A stretch of DNA of 64,000 nt from Clostridia bacterium (GTDB taxonomy: Bacteria > Bacillota > Clostridia > Oscillospirales > CAG-272). The stretch covers positions 11,952 through 75,951 of the forward strand of contig JAFTST010000051.1 in NCBI GenBank assembly GCA_017467165.1, in the 5' to 3' direction. Each line of letters begins with the position of its first letter. Position 1 is the first letter of the stretch. The notes under the pieces are model-generated. The model ran no database searches and was not told where the DNA came from. It was given only the letters and a program-made list of their open reading frames with translations. The position numbers and the translations under genes are program-made. Below are positions 11,896 through 21,360 of this stretch, one piece after another.

Positions 11896-14472
11896 ATGGA
11901 ACATAGCTACAAGAGCTCCGATATTGAATTTCCAAATCAGCACATAGTTGAGCACGATATGGAAAAGGAGGTTAAGAAGTCCTTCATAGAGTATTCTATG
12001 AGCGTTATCACCTCCAGAGCGCTCCCCGACGTGCGCGACGGCCTGAAGCCGGGACAGCGCCGCATCCTCTACGCGATGTACGAGGATAACCTGACCTACG
12101 ATAAGCCCTTCAGAAAATCGGCTACCACGGTAGGTAACGTGCTTGGTAGATACCATCCGCACGGCGACGCCGCGGTATACGGCACTATGGTCAGAATGGC
12201 GCAGTCCTTCTCGCTCCGCTATCCCTTGGTTGAGGGACACGGAAACTTCGGTAACATCGACGGAGACGGCGCCGCGGCATACCGTTACACCGAGGCGAGA
12301 ATGTCGAAGATAGCCGACTATATGATGCGCGACATTGAGAAGTCGGTTGTACCTATGACGAGAAACTTCGATAACACCAGGGATGAGCCCACGGTGCTTC
12401 CCTCCCGCTTCCCTAACCTTCTGGTCAACGGCTCGGTAGGTATCGCTGTCGGTATGGCGACGAATATCCCGCCGCACAATCTCGGAGAGGTTATCGACGG
12501 TACTATATTCAGAATGGAAAACCCCGAGTGCTCCGTGGACGAGCTGATGGAATACATCAAGGGACCCGATTTTCCGACCGCGGCTATAATCTACGGCTCC
12601 CGCGGCATCAGAGAAGCCTACGAAACCGGCAAGGGCAAGATATATATCCGCGCCAGAGCCAGAATTGAGGATGAGCACAGAAGAATTATCTTCACCGAAA
12701 TACCCTATATGGTTAACAAGTCGATGCTTATCGAAAATATGGCTAATCTTGTTAAGGAAAAGAAAATCGAGGGTATCACAGCGCTCAGAGATGAATCGGG
12801 CAGAGGCGGTATGAGAATAGTCGTCGAGTACAGGAAGGATGCCAACGGAGAGGTTATTCTCAATCAGCTGTATAAATACACTCAGCTTCAGGACACCTGC
12901 TCTGTCAATATGCTGGTTATCGACGGCGGAGAGCCGAAAACTCTCTCGCTTCCCTCTATACTCGACAGATACATAGAGTTCCAGAAGAGCGTTATTATAA
13001 GAAGAACACAGTTCGAGCTTGATAAGGCGCTTCGCGAGATGCACATTCTCGAGGGCTATAAGACCGCTATCGACAACATCGACGAGGTTATCAGCATCAT
13101 CAAGACGAGCGAGAGCATTCCCAACGCTAAGGAAAGGCTCACCGAGCGCTTCGGACTCTCCGAAACACAGGCACAGGCGATAGTTGAGATGACTCTCGGA
13201 AAGCTCTCCGGACTTGAAAGACAGAAGGTCGAGGACAGAATTGCCAAGCTCACTCTGCTCGTTGCCGACCTCAGAGGCATACTTGCCGACGAGAAGAGAG
13301 TTATAGAGATAATCAGAAATGAGCTCACCGAGATAAAGAATAAGTTTGGCGACGCGCGCCGCTCAGAGCTCACCGAGGCTACCGAGGAGATTGACCTTGA
13401 GGACCTTATCGAGCGTCACACCTGCGTTATCACCGTCAGCCACACCGGTTATATCAAGCGTCAGAGAGCCGACGTCTACACCGCGCAGAACAGGGGCGGC
13501 AAGGGCATTATCGGTATGACCACCAAGGAGGACGACTTCGTCGAGGACGTCATAGTAGCCAACAGCCACGCATATCTGATGTTCTTCACCAACAAGGGCA
13601 GAGTCTACGCCAAGAAGGCGTACAGAATACCCGAGGCGGGCAGAACAGCCAAGGGAACCAATCTTGTCAATATCATAGAGCTTCAGGAGGGTGAGTACGT
13701 TACCGCTATCATTCCCATCACCGAGTTCTCCGAGGGTGAGTACCTGACTATGATAACCAAGCGCGGAGTTGCCAAGAGAACGCTTCTCACCGACTTCGCA
13801 TATCAGAGAAGAGCAGGAAAAATTGCCATCACTCTCGACGAAGGCGACGAGCTTATCTTCGTCCGTCACACCAAGGGCGACGAGAGCCTTATTATAGCTA
13901 CCCGCGACGGACTTGCCGTCCGCTTCGACGAGAACAACGTCAGAGGAATGGGAAGAGTTGCGCGAGGCGTGCGCGGTATCACCCTGCAGGGCGACGACTA
14001 CGTAGTCGGAGTTGCTGTGGTTGACGATGAAAAGTCGCTTCTCACCGTCACCGAAAACGGTATGGGTAAGAGAACGAGATTTGACGACTTCCGCCAGATG
14101 AAGCATAGAGGCGGCAAGGGCGTCACCTGCCACAATATCACCGAAAAGACGGGTAACCTCGCTACCGTTATCACGGTTGCCGACGACGACGATATAATGC
14201 TGATAACCAATGAGGGCACTATCATCAGAACCAACGTCAGCGGCATCAATATCTATTCGAGAACCGCTACGGGTGTCATTATAATGAGACTTAACGAGGG
14301 TAACACCATCAACAACGTGGCAAGGCTTGAGAAGGCTGAGGAGATTGAGGCGCAGAGCGCTGATATCGAGCGCGAGATTGAAAATACGCCGATGCCCGAG
14401 CCTGTACCCGAGCTTTCCGATGACACGGATGAGCTGACAGAGGATACTGACACCGATGAGGAGAGCATTTGA
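11896..14472 (+). CDS. gyrA: DNA gyrase subunit A
   Basis: Contains RALPDVRDGLKPGQRRILYAM, the active-site region AAYRYTEARM, and an acidic C-terminal tail. Confidence 0.97.
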   Translation: MEHSYKSSDIEFPNQHIVEHDMEKEVKKSFIEYSMSVITSRALPDVRDGLKPGQRRILYAMYEDNLTYDKPFRKSATTVGNVLGRYHPHGDAAVYGTMVRMAQSFSLRYPLVEGHGNFGNIDGDGAAAYRYTEARMSKIADYMMRDIEKSVVPMTRNFDNTRDEPTVLPSRFPNLLVNGSVGIAVGMATNIPPHNLGEVIDGTIFRMENPECSVDELMEYIKGPDFPTAAIIYGSRGIREAYETGKGKIYIRARARIEDEHRRIIFTEIPYMVNKSMLIENMANLVKEKKIEGITALRDESGRGGMRIVVEYRKDANGEVILNQLYKYTQLQDTCSVNMLVIDGGEPKTLSLPSILDRYIEFQKSVIIRRTQFELDKALREMHILEGYKTAIDNIDEVISIIKTSESIPNAKERLTERFGLSETQAQAIVEMTLGKLSGLERQKVEDRIAKLTLLVADLRGILADEKRVIEIIRNELTEIKNKFGDARRSELTEATEEIDLEDLIERHTCVITVSHTGYIKRQRADVYTAQNRGGKGIIGMTTKEDDFVEDVIVANSHAYLMFFTNKGRVYAKKAYRIPEAGRTAKGTNLVNIIELQEGEYVTAIIPITEFSEGEYLTMITKRGVAKRTLLTDFAYQRRAGKIAITLDEGDELIFVRHTKGDESLIIATRDGLAVRFDENNVRGMGRVARGVRGITLQGDDYVVGVAVVDDEKSLLTVTENGMGKRTRFDDFRQMKHRGGKGVTCHNITEKTGNLATVITVADDDDIMLITNEGTIIRTNVSGINIYSRTATGVIIMRLNEGNTINNVARLEKAEEIEAQSADIEREIENTPMPEPVPELSDDTDELTEDTDTDEESI

Positions 14473-15158
14473 TGAGGGGTAAGAAAATATTATACCTCGT
14501 CCTCGTCCTGTCAATTCTCATATCAACACTCAGCATCACCTCCTGCAACCGGAAATACGACGAAAATGAGGTAGTCACAGCAGCGACCGAGCTGCTTAAG
14601 GAAAGTGAGATGCTCAATTCCGTGCTTTTCGGCAGGGGTATAGACTGCGTTTCTTCAAATCATCAGAACGGCGCGTACTACGAGGCTGATTCCCTGCACC
14701 TCAGAGAGCTCGGATTTTCCACTGTCGACGAGCTTCGGGCGCTTATAGGGAAAACCTTCACCGAGGAGTATGCCGAGAATATCAACTCCACCGTTCTCTC
14801 CCCGATAATATCCGACGGCGTCAACTATTCTATGACCCGCTACTACCAGCTGTACGATGATCCTGTGAGCAAGACGGATCCTGTCTGTATAATGGTGTAT
14901 AAGGATTATGACTATCTTTTTCGCGACAGCGTGGAGTATAAGCTTGATACCGTGAGGGTTGAAGGGGTTAAAAAACAGACTCTTTATCTGTCCGTTGAGG
15001 CTACCGTTACCAACGGCAAGGGCGAGAGCCAGGTGAGAAAAATTGAGTTTGAGATGATAGAGGAAAGTGACGGTTGGCGCATCAATTCCCCCACTTATGC
15101 TAACTATAATTCGCATATTGACGAATATGATAACCTGAAGGACCAGGAAATCAAATAG
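14469..15158 (+). CDS. Putative lipoprotein of unknown function
   Basis: The signal peptide MMRGKKILYLVLVLSILISTLSITSC has a lipobox-like LSITSC. The start overlaps the gyrA stop (ATGA). Confidence 0.6.
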   Translation: MMRGKKILYLVLVLSILISTLSITSCNRKYDENEVVTAATELLKESEMLNSVLFGRGIDCVSSNHQNGAYYEADSLHLRELGFSTVDELRALIGKTFTEEYAENINSTVLSPIISDGVNYSMTRYYQLYDDPVSKTDPVCIMVYKDYDYLFRDSVEYKLDTVRVEGVKKQTLYLSVEATVTNGKGESQVRKIEFEMIEESDGWRINSPTYANYNSHIDEYDNLKDQEIK

Positions 15159-15228
15159 TTATTCAAGGTCAGATTGACCACAAATCAGATATAAATTTAA
15201 TAAGTAAAATAAAAAAAGGAGAAGGAAA

Positions 15229-15795
15229 ATGACCTTTAAAGAAAAACTTGTGAAGCTCAGAAAGCTCAAGGGGCTCACCCAGGACGAATTTGCCAGCGCT
15301 GTCGGTGTTTCAAGACAGGCTGTGTATAAGTGGGAGTCCGGACAGTCCTACCCGGAGGTACAGAAGCTTATTGAGATTAAGCTGATTTTTGGAATTTCCA
15401 TTGATGATCTTCTTGACGACAGCTACGAGGTAGTAGTTCCCGAGAAGAAGAAGAGAAAGAGACTCTCTACCGCGGCGAAAAAGGAAATAGAGAACAAGGT
15501 TGCCGCTGAGGAAGCGACTCCCGTAGCCGAGACTGCTCCCGTAGCAGAGGCTGCAGCTCCCACAGAGGAAGCACCCGCTCCTGCCGATGCAGCTCCTGTT
15601 GAAGAGCCCGTTGTGCTTGAGGATACTCCTGCTATAGAGGTAGCAGCTCCCGTCGAGGAAGAGCCTGCGCCCGAAGCAGCTCCCGCTCCCGTAGAGGAAG
15701 CTCCTGTTGAGGAAGCACCCGCTCCCGAAGCAGCTCCAGCAGATGCACCCAAGAAAAAGGGCTTCTTCGCCAGAATTTTCGGCGGCAAAAAGTAA
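15229..15795 (+). CDS. XRE-family HTH protein with a long Pro/Ala/Glu-rich tail and a basic amphipathic C-terminus
   Basis: The N-terminal LKGLTQDEFASAVGVSRQAVYKWESGQSYP is an HTH_3 signature. Residues from about 90 to 175 are low-complexity (APVEEAP-like repeats). The protein ends in KKKGFFARIFGGKK. Confidence 0.75.
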   Translation: MTFKEKLVKLRKLKGLTQDEFASAVGVSRQAVYKWESGQSYPEVQKLIEIKLIFGISIDDLLDDSYEVVVPEKKKRKRLSTAAKKEIENKVAAEEATPVAETAPVAEAAAPTEEAPAPADAAPVEEPVVLEDTPAIEVAAPVEEEPAPEAAPAPVEEAPVEEAPAPEAAPADAPKKKGFFARIFGGKK

Positions 15796-15930
15796 TTTCC
15801 CCACCTGTCGGACAAAGACTTCCCCGCCGTTCAATTTCGGCGGGGAAAATTAAAATTAAAGAATAATTTATTCCACCTATGACTACAATCTATTTGATAG
15901 GCGAAAAATGCCATATATCGGGAGGAATAA

Positions 15931-16197
15931 ATGCTAAGAGGATGTCAGAAAAAAGTAATTCACCTGAAAAATACGGAGAGCGATATATTTGACGAGGCTA
16001 TCTTTCTTGTCAGCGACACTGTAAGAGAAAATCTCAGGGATGAGGATTTTATCAAGGAGGCGAACCGTATCATCAGCGAAAACGTTATTCAGAGGGAAAG
16101 AAAAGAAAGAATTAATATCAAGCTCGGACTTGTATTTTTTCTTCTCGGCGCTCTCGCATTTGGCTTGGGAGCTTTGATTTTTAATTGGATTTTTTAG
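15931..16197 (+). CDS. Hypothetical small protein with a C-terminal TM helix
   Basis: An 88-aa ORF with a GGGAGGA RBS and the C-terminal hydrophobic segment LGLVFFLLGALAFGLGALIFNWIF. I do not recognise a family. Confidence 0.45.
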   Translation: MLRGCQKKVIHLKNTESDIFDEAIFLVSDTVRENLRDEDFIKEANRIISENVIQRERKERINIKLGLVFFLLGALAFGLGALIFNWIF

Positions 16198-16282
16198 AAA
16201 AATGCCCCGAATTTCTCTACACGGGGCGGTACATAATGAAAGAAAGGTATAAGGACTGTTTTTTCAGTCTTGATTTTAATAT

Positions 16283-17956
16283 ATGAAAAAGGATAACAGG
16301 AAAGGAAAAAAGCTAAGGGTAATGTGCCTTGGCGGTATTCAGGAAATCGGTAAGAATATGACCGTGCTTGAATATGGCGAGGACATCATAGTTATCGACT
16401 GCGGTATGGGATTTCCCGATGACGATATGCCGGGAGTTGACCTCGTTATTCCCGACGTCAGCTACCTCGTGCAGAACGCGCACAAGGTACGCGGAATACT
16501 TATCACTCACGGACACGAGGACCATATCGGCGCTGTTCCCTATATACTCCAGCAGCTGCACGCGCCAATCTACGGCACGCGTCTTTCACTGGGTATTATT
16601 GAGGGAAAGCTTGACGAAAACCCGACACCCACAGAGCCCGAGCTCTATACCGTAGACGCGGGCGACGTCATCAGCCTCGGAGTTTTCAAGGCTGAGTTTA
16701 TCCACGTCAATCACTCGATAGCCGACGCCTGCGCCATAGCCGTAAGGACTCCCGTAGGTACGGTTTTCCACACGGGAGATTTCAAGATTGACGTATCTCC
16801 CATAGACGGAAATATGATTGACCTGACTAGAATAGGCGAGATAGGCAGAGAGGGTGTTACCTTGCTTCTGTGCGAGTCAACCAACGCGGAAAGAGCGGGC
16901 TTCACTCCCTCCGAGCGCACAGTAGGCTCGTCACTCGAGCGCATCTTCGCGCAGTATGAGGACAGGCGACTTATTATAGCCACCTTCTCATCAAACGTGC
17001 ACAGAGTTCAGCAGATTATAGACACGTCCTACCGTCACGGCAGAAAGGTTGCCGTACTCGGCAGAAGTATGATTAACGTTATCGGCGCCGCCGCAGAGCT
17101 CGGATATATGGAGCTTCCCGACGGAGTGCTGATTGACGTCAATGAAATGAAAAAGTATAAGCCCGAGCAGATTACCCTCATCACGACGGGTAGCCAGGGC
17201 GAGCCAATGTCCGCGCTGTACAGAATAGCCTTTTCCGAGCACGATAAGGTCAAGCTCTCCTCCCGCGACGTTGTGGTGCTCTCCGCGCACGCGATACCCG
17301 GAAACGAGAAGCTCGTCGGAAAGATTATTAACGCGCTTGTCAGAAGCGGCGTCAAGGTGGTCAACGACTCCGTCGAGGACGTCCACGTATCAGGACACGC
17401 CTGCCGCGAGGAAATCAAGCTGCTTATGGGTTTATTGAAGCCGAGATTTTTCATGCCCATACACGGCGAGTACAGGCATCTGTACGCCAACAAGGATATA
17501 GCTGAATTTATGGGCATACCCTCGGAAAATATATTTATCACAGATATAGGAAAGGTGCTCGAGGTCGATAAGAGGAGCGCCGCCTTCGTAGGTGAGGTTC
17601 CCGCAGGTAAGGTGCTTGTCGACGGCGCAGGCGTGGGTGATATAGGAAGCGTCGTGCTTCGTGACAGAAAGCATCTGGCAGAGGACGGACTCGTGGTTGT
17701 TGTAGCCACTATTGACGACGGCTTTATCGTTTCGGGACCGGATATCGTGTCGCGCGGCTTCGTCTACGTCAAGGAGTCTGAGGAGCTTATGCGAAACGTC
17801 AAGGCGATAGCCGAGCAGTCTATAATGAGAATTATAGACAAGAAAATCAACGACTGGGTGCATATCAGGAATATCATACGCGACGATTTGGCGAAGTATA
17901 TCTTCCGCGAAACGAGAAGAAAGCCTATGATACTTCCTATAATTATGGATATATGA
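16283..17956 (+). CDS. rnj: Ribonuclease J (metallo-beta-lactamase / beta-CASP RNase)
   Basis: The HGHEDHIG metallo-beta-lactamase motif is present. The N-terminal LRVMCLGGIQEIGKNMTVLEYGEDIIVIDCG and the 557-aa length are typical of RNase J. Confidence 0.92.
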   Translation: MKKDNRKGKKLRVMCLGGIQEIGKNMTVLEYGEDIIVIDCGMGFPDDDMPGVDLVIPDVSYLVQNAHKVRGILITHGHEDHIGAVPYILQQLHAPIYGTRLSLGIIEGKLDENPTPTEPELYTVDAGDVISLGVFKAEFIHVNHSIADACAIAVRTPVGTVFHTGDFKIDVSPIDGNMIDLTRIGEIGREGVTLLLCESTNAERAGFTPSERTVGSSLERIFAQYEDRRLIIATFSSNVHRVQQIIDTSYRHGRKVAVLGRSMINVIGAAAELGYMELPDGVLIDVNEMKKYKPEQITLITTGSQGEPMSALYRIAFSEHDKVKLSSRDVVVLSAHAIPGNEKLVGKIINALVRSGVKVVNDSVEDVHVSGHACREEIKLLMGLLKPRFFMPIHGEYRHLYANKDIAEFMGIPSENIFITDIGKVLEVDKRSAAFVGEVPAGKVLVDGAGVGDIGSVVLRDRKHLAEDGLVVVVATIDDGFIVSGPDIVSRGFVYVKESEELMRNVKAIAEQSIMRIIDKKINDWVHIRNIIRDDLAKYIFRETRRKPMILPIIMDI

Positions 17957-18645
17957 TTTGGGTTGGTATTCTTTCGCATAAGGCTCTTTCTCGAAAAGAG
18001 AAATACACCTTTCGTGGCGAGGAGTTAAAGGCGGATAGCTATTCAGCGAGGCTTCTTCTTCTTTCAATGTATGAAAAGCTTTATTCAAGACCCCTGCCCG
18101 AAATACAATATACCCACGCAGGAAAGCCATATCTTTTGGGAGATGGCGAGCCACATATAAGCCTATCGCATAGCGACGGATATTCAGCCGTGTGTCTGTG
18201 TGATGAGTCCCCGTGCGGAGTAGATATCGAGGAGCCACAGGATGCCACAAGGCGAGCAAGAGTTGGAGAGCGTTATCTCAGCAAGGTAAACTATAATTTA
18301 CACTACCCTTCCTCTGAATGTGAAATTTCACTCTATGAATTTAACACGGGTGAGGATATATCAAGAATTTCGACGGCTTTCTTTCCCGTTATTAAAGAAG
18401 GGTATGACAATATCTCGGGTGAGAGCGGATTTTCTGTGTTTCTCTCACACTACACAGTCTTCGAGTCCGGCTGGACTTTGGTAGAGGCGGCGCTCAAATG
18501 CTCGGGCAAGGGTTTCCGCGCTTTTCCTGTTGTCTCTGTTCTCTTGGAAAGGTACTCTACCCTCTCGCTTGCCGCTCGTATAAATACCGAGTCATGCGAG
18601 GATAAGCTATACCTGTCGCTCGCGATAGGCGATACACCGTCATAA
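17953..18645 (+). CDS. 4'-phosphopantetheinyl transferase superfamily protein (Sfp-type)
   Basis: Motifs ISLSHSDGY, GVDIEE and WTLVEAALKCSGKG correspond to the PPTase motifs (ISHS, G-x-D-x-E, W-x-x-KEA-x-x-K). The start overlaps the rnj stop (ATGA). Confidence 0.65.
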   Translation: MIWVGILSHKALSRKEKYTFRGEELKADSYSARLLLLSMYEKLYSRPLPEIQYTHAGKPYLLGDGEPHISLSHSDGYSAVCLCDESPCGVDIEEPQDATRRARVGERYLSKVNYNLHYPSSECEISLYEFNTGEDISRISTAFFPVIKEGYDNISGESGFSVFLSHYTVFESGWTLVEAALKCSGKGFRAFPVVSVLLERYSTLSLAARINTESCEDKLYLSLAIGDTPS

Positions 18646-18658
18646 TATATTTTTTATA

Positions 18659-18737
18659 AGAAAACCGACAAGGAGTCAGTGATATACAGCCAAGGTTGCG
18701 TTTCTTGGCTTCACTGCCCTTTCGGTTTTCTTTTTTC
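18659..18737 (+). terminator. Long imperfect hairpin plus U-tract (terminator after the PPTase gene)
   Basis: Nested arms AAAACCGA..CAGTGA..AGCCAAG / CTTGGCT..TCACTG..TCGGTTTT are followed by CTTTTTTCTCC. Confidence 0.55.
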
Positions 18738-18860
18738 TCCGGTCTTATGGCCAGAAAGGTTGATTTGGAGATTATGCTGTACAAAATAATGCTCTAGGGC
18801 GGTTATTCAGCATTTTATTAAACTAAATTTGAATAAAGGTTTAACTTTTCTCAAAGTAGG

Positions 18861-18889
18861 TTGACCGGGGAGTAGAAATAAGCTATAAT
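18861..18889 (+). promoter_or_regulatory. Sigma-A type promoter
   Basis: TTGACC (18861-18866), a 17-nt spacer, then TATAAT (18884-18889). It lies 30 nt upstream of the ATG at 18919. Confidence 0.55.
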
Positions 18890-18918
18890 TAAGACAAAGA
18901 TATACAAAAGAGGTTTCT

Positions 18919-19491
18919 ATGAAGGAAATTATAAAGCAATTCTTCTCTGTTAACCTGAAGGATTACTCAAATCTCTGCGTAGACTTTGAGATTAACAAGG
19001 CGCTCGTTGTTCTGCTCGTTGTGCTCTGCTTCTCCTTCTTCTACATTCACATCAAGAGAAAGAATATGTACTACATAGTCAAGCAGCTAACAAGGCATAA
19101 CGCCACCGATGAGGAAAGCGCCAAAACGCTCGAGGCTCTTGGACTTTCGAATAATTTTGTACTCAAATGGATGCTATCGGGCTCAGGACAGCTCACAAGA
19201 CTTGTTAAAAGAGCGGGAGAGGTCACTCTGAGCTACGAGGAATACGTTGCCCTCGAGAAGGAAAAGAAGCTGAATAAGGAGAAAATTGACTTCACAGAGG
19301 CAAAATTTTATCTTTTTGATGCCCAGGACACCCGAGCTCAGCGCATACTCTCAAGATACAATATCCCACTTTTCAAAACAGTTATTCTCTGTGTCTTCGT
19401 CGTAGTGCTTTATTTCTGCATTATGCTTCTGATGCCCGAGCTGCTTATGCTTATTAACTATCTTGTGGGTCTTGTCAAGGGGATGTTTTAG
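18919..19491 (+). CDS. Hypothetical membrane protein
   Basis: 190 aa with an N-terminal TM helix (ALVVLLVVLCFSFFYIHI) and a C-terminal TM helix (VILCVFVVVLYFCIMLLMPELLMLINYLVGL). It has its own promoter and terminator. Confidence 0.55.
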   Translation: MKEIIKQFFSVNLKDYSNLCVDFEINKALVVLLVVLCFSFFYIHIKRKNMYYIVKQLTRHNATDEESAKTLEALGLSNNFVLKWMLSGSGQLTRLVKRAGEVTLSYEEYVALEKEKKLNKEKIDFTEAKFYLFDAQDTRAQRILSRYNIPLFKTVILCVFVVVLYFCIMLLMPELLMLINYLVGLVKGMF

Positions 19492-19527
19492 TTGCTTCAA
19501 TTATTAAAACATTATACCATTTTTATA

Positions 19528-19568
19528 AGCAGGAGAAAATGAAACAGCTCTCCTGCTTTTTTTATTTT
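19528..19568 (+). terminator. Intrinsic terminator
   Basis: AGCAGGAGA ... TCTCCTGCT stem followed by TTTTTTTATTTT. Confidence 0.8.
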
Positions 19569-19659
19569 CATAAGTCGCTCTGAAAGACTGACGCCCCTAT
19601 TTAAAAAATAGGGTTGATAATCAGATCAAAAGATAAAATAATTATATAGGTTTTTATAT

Positions 19660-19702
19660 ATAAAAAGAGCAGGGAGCGCGCAACCTAGCCGTATTCCCTG
19701 CC
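19660..19702 (-). terminator. Intrinsic terminator downstream of parB
   Basis: On the minus strand, a GCAGGGA ... TCCCTGC stem is followed by TCTTTTTATATAT. Confidence 0.55.
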
Positions 19703-19759
19703 CTATTAATTTTAACACGTATTCCTATTAATTTGGATTATGCAAACTTAAGTTTACAT

Positions 19760-20650
19760 TTATACCTCTTCGTAGAAGTTGTCGCCGAGAAGCAGCTTCA
19801 GCAGCTCGTCGAGGTCCTCGTTGTCCTCATAGAAGAGGGAGAGTGTCTTTTTCTTGCCCTTGTCCTGTATTTTTGCCTTTCTGCCAAGTATACGCTGTAT
19901 GCGAAGCTCGATTTCCCTTTTATAGTCAACCATAGGATCTGCCTCGGGCTCCTTCGGGGGCTTCTTTTTATTTATTCTCTTGACCTCCTCTGCGAGTACC
20001 TTCACCGACATACCCTGCTCTGCGGCAAGCTGCGCCAGAAGTATCATATCGTCGACGTCCTTAACTCCGAGAAGCGTTCTTCCGTGTCCTTCCGAAAGCT
20101 CACCTGACGCCACCATAGTCAATACGGGGTCAGGAAGATCAAGCAGACGCATTGTGTTGGCTATTGCGCTTCTACTCTTTCCAACCTTCTCGGATATTTT
20201 CTCCTGGGTCATACCGTAGTCGACAGAGAGTGTCTTGTAGCCCATTGCTTCTTCGATGGGATTGAGATCCTCTCGCTGAATATTCTCGATAAGCGCGAGC
20301 TCTGCTACCGATTTGTCATCTCGCTCGAGGATTATTGCAGGAATTTCGCTAAGCCCCGCTATTTTCGATGCTCTGAATCTGCGCTCACCTGCGATTATCT
20401 GGTATCTTCCGTCACCGTACTCACGTACAAGTATCGGCTGAAGGAGTCCGTTTTCTCTGATTGACTCGGCTAACTCCTCCAGAGCCTCCTTGTCAAAGTA
20501 TTTTCTCGGCTGATCGCCCTTTGGGTCGATTAAGGACAGCTTAATTAAGGTTATCTTGTTTTCGGAGCCGCCCCTCTCGTCGCTTGGACTGTTATCAAGA
20601 AATATTGCATCAAGACCTCTTCCGAGGCCACTATTCTTCTTTTTCGGCAT
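19760..20650 (-). CDS. parB: ParB/Spo0J chromosome partitioning protein
   Basis: Contains the N-terminal GLGRGLDAIF and the ParB box LLQPILVRE...YQIIAGERRFRA. The HTH region is GMTQEKISEKVGKSRSAIANTMRLL. Confidence 0.93.
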   Translation of the reverse strand: MPKKKNSGLGRGLDAIFLDNSPSDERGGSENKITLIKLSLIDPKGDQPRKYFDKEALEELAESIRENGLLQPILVREYGDGRYQIIAGERRFRASKIAGLSEIPAIILERDDKSVAELALIENIQREDLNPIEEAMGYKTLSVDYGMTQEKISEKVGKSRSAIANTMRLLDLPDPVLTMVASGELSEGHGRTLLGVKDVDDMILLAQLAAEQGMSVKVLAEEVKRINKKKPPKEPEADPMVDYKREIELRIQRILGRKAKIQDKGKKKTLSLFYEDNEDLDELLKLLLGDNFYEEV

Positions 20651-20674
20651 GATTTTTCCTTCCCTTTCTTTATA

Positions 20675-20725
20675 AATTCATTTTTTTATAACGTTTTATA
20701 ATTCATTTTTCTATAACGTTTTATA
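20675..20725. repeat. Tandem direct repeat of about 25 bp immediately upstream of parB
   Basis: AATTCATTTTTTTATAACGTTTTATA is followed directly by ATTCATTTTTCTATAACGTTTTATA. Each unit contains the palindrome AACGTT. Confidence 0.7.
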
Positions 20726-20969
20726 ATTTGTTAAAAAATATACTGTATATAAGCATTAACATAGTATTATGCTTTTTTAAGGTGTCAATTTCTACTTATA
20801 TTTCTAAACTATGCTCAAATACATTTTTATATTGTTTCAGGATGCTGTATAGCATTTTTTTGGATATTCAATTATTTCAGTCTGTTTTTTTGCTTCATTG
20901 AGAATTTATTCCGGATATATGCATCAATATAAAATATAGCTCGAAAAGATACAGAACCCCCTACTTTAG

Positions 20970-21190
20970 CCATGTTCTCAAGTTTTCAACAATTTTCAAC
21001 TTCTTTGTTGAAAAGTAACCGATTTTTGTACATTTCCGTCGAAAATTGCGGAATATTGTATTAAAATAACGTGATTTTCTCAACAATTCCACAATTTTTA
21101 TTGTTGAAAACTTATATACTGCTTGTCAATATATGGGTAAATCTATGAAAAATCGATAAGCAGCTTTCCACCTAGAGAATTATCAACATA
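20970..21190. promoter_or_regulatory. Cluster of DnaA-box-like 9-mers (TTTTCAACA / TTATCAACA class) in the parA-parB spacer
   Basis: TTTTCAACA (20983), TTTTCAACT (20993), TGTTGAAAA (21007), TTCTCAACA (21077), AATTCCACA (21086), TGTTGAAAA (21102) and TTATCAACA (21180). The consensus DnaA box is TTATCCACA, so these sit 1-3 mismatches away. Confidence 0.3.
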
Positions 21191-21311
21191 TCTGGAATAA
21201 TCTGTGACTTTATCGCTCCCTGTCTAGGTTGAATGCAGAAATAACATAGTTATAAAGTGAAATAAACTGAAAATTATTCTCTAAAATTGTACGGAAATCA
21301 ATCAAATATAT

Positions 21312-21327
21312 TGTTTCACGTGAAACA
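21312..21327. promoter_or_regulatory. parS: parS centromere-like site (perfect 16-bp palindrome)
   Basis: TGTTTCACGTGAAACA matches the Firmicute parS consensus exactly. It lies 34 bp downstream of the parA stop. Confidence 0.9.
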
Positions 21328-21360
21328 ATTTCAGTAACACTCTATTTGTATATCCAAATA

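Noticed and set aside
15310-15834. Minus-strand ORFs (174 aa and 130 aa) opposite the XRE gene tail.
   Set aside because: They are generated by the repetitive GC-rich Pro/Ala/Glu coding repeats. Their products are Ala/Ser/Gly low-complexity sequences without start signals.
19733-20107. A 124-aa + strand ORF overlapping parB.
   Set aside because: It is antisense to a clearly conserved parB. It has no RBS and no recognisable motif.
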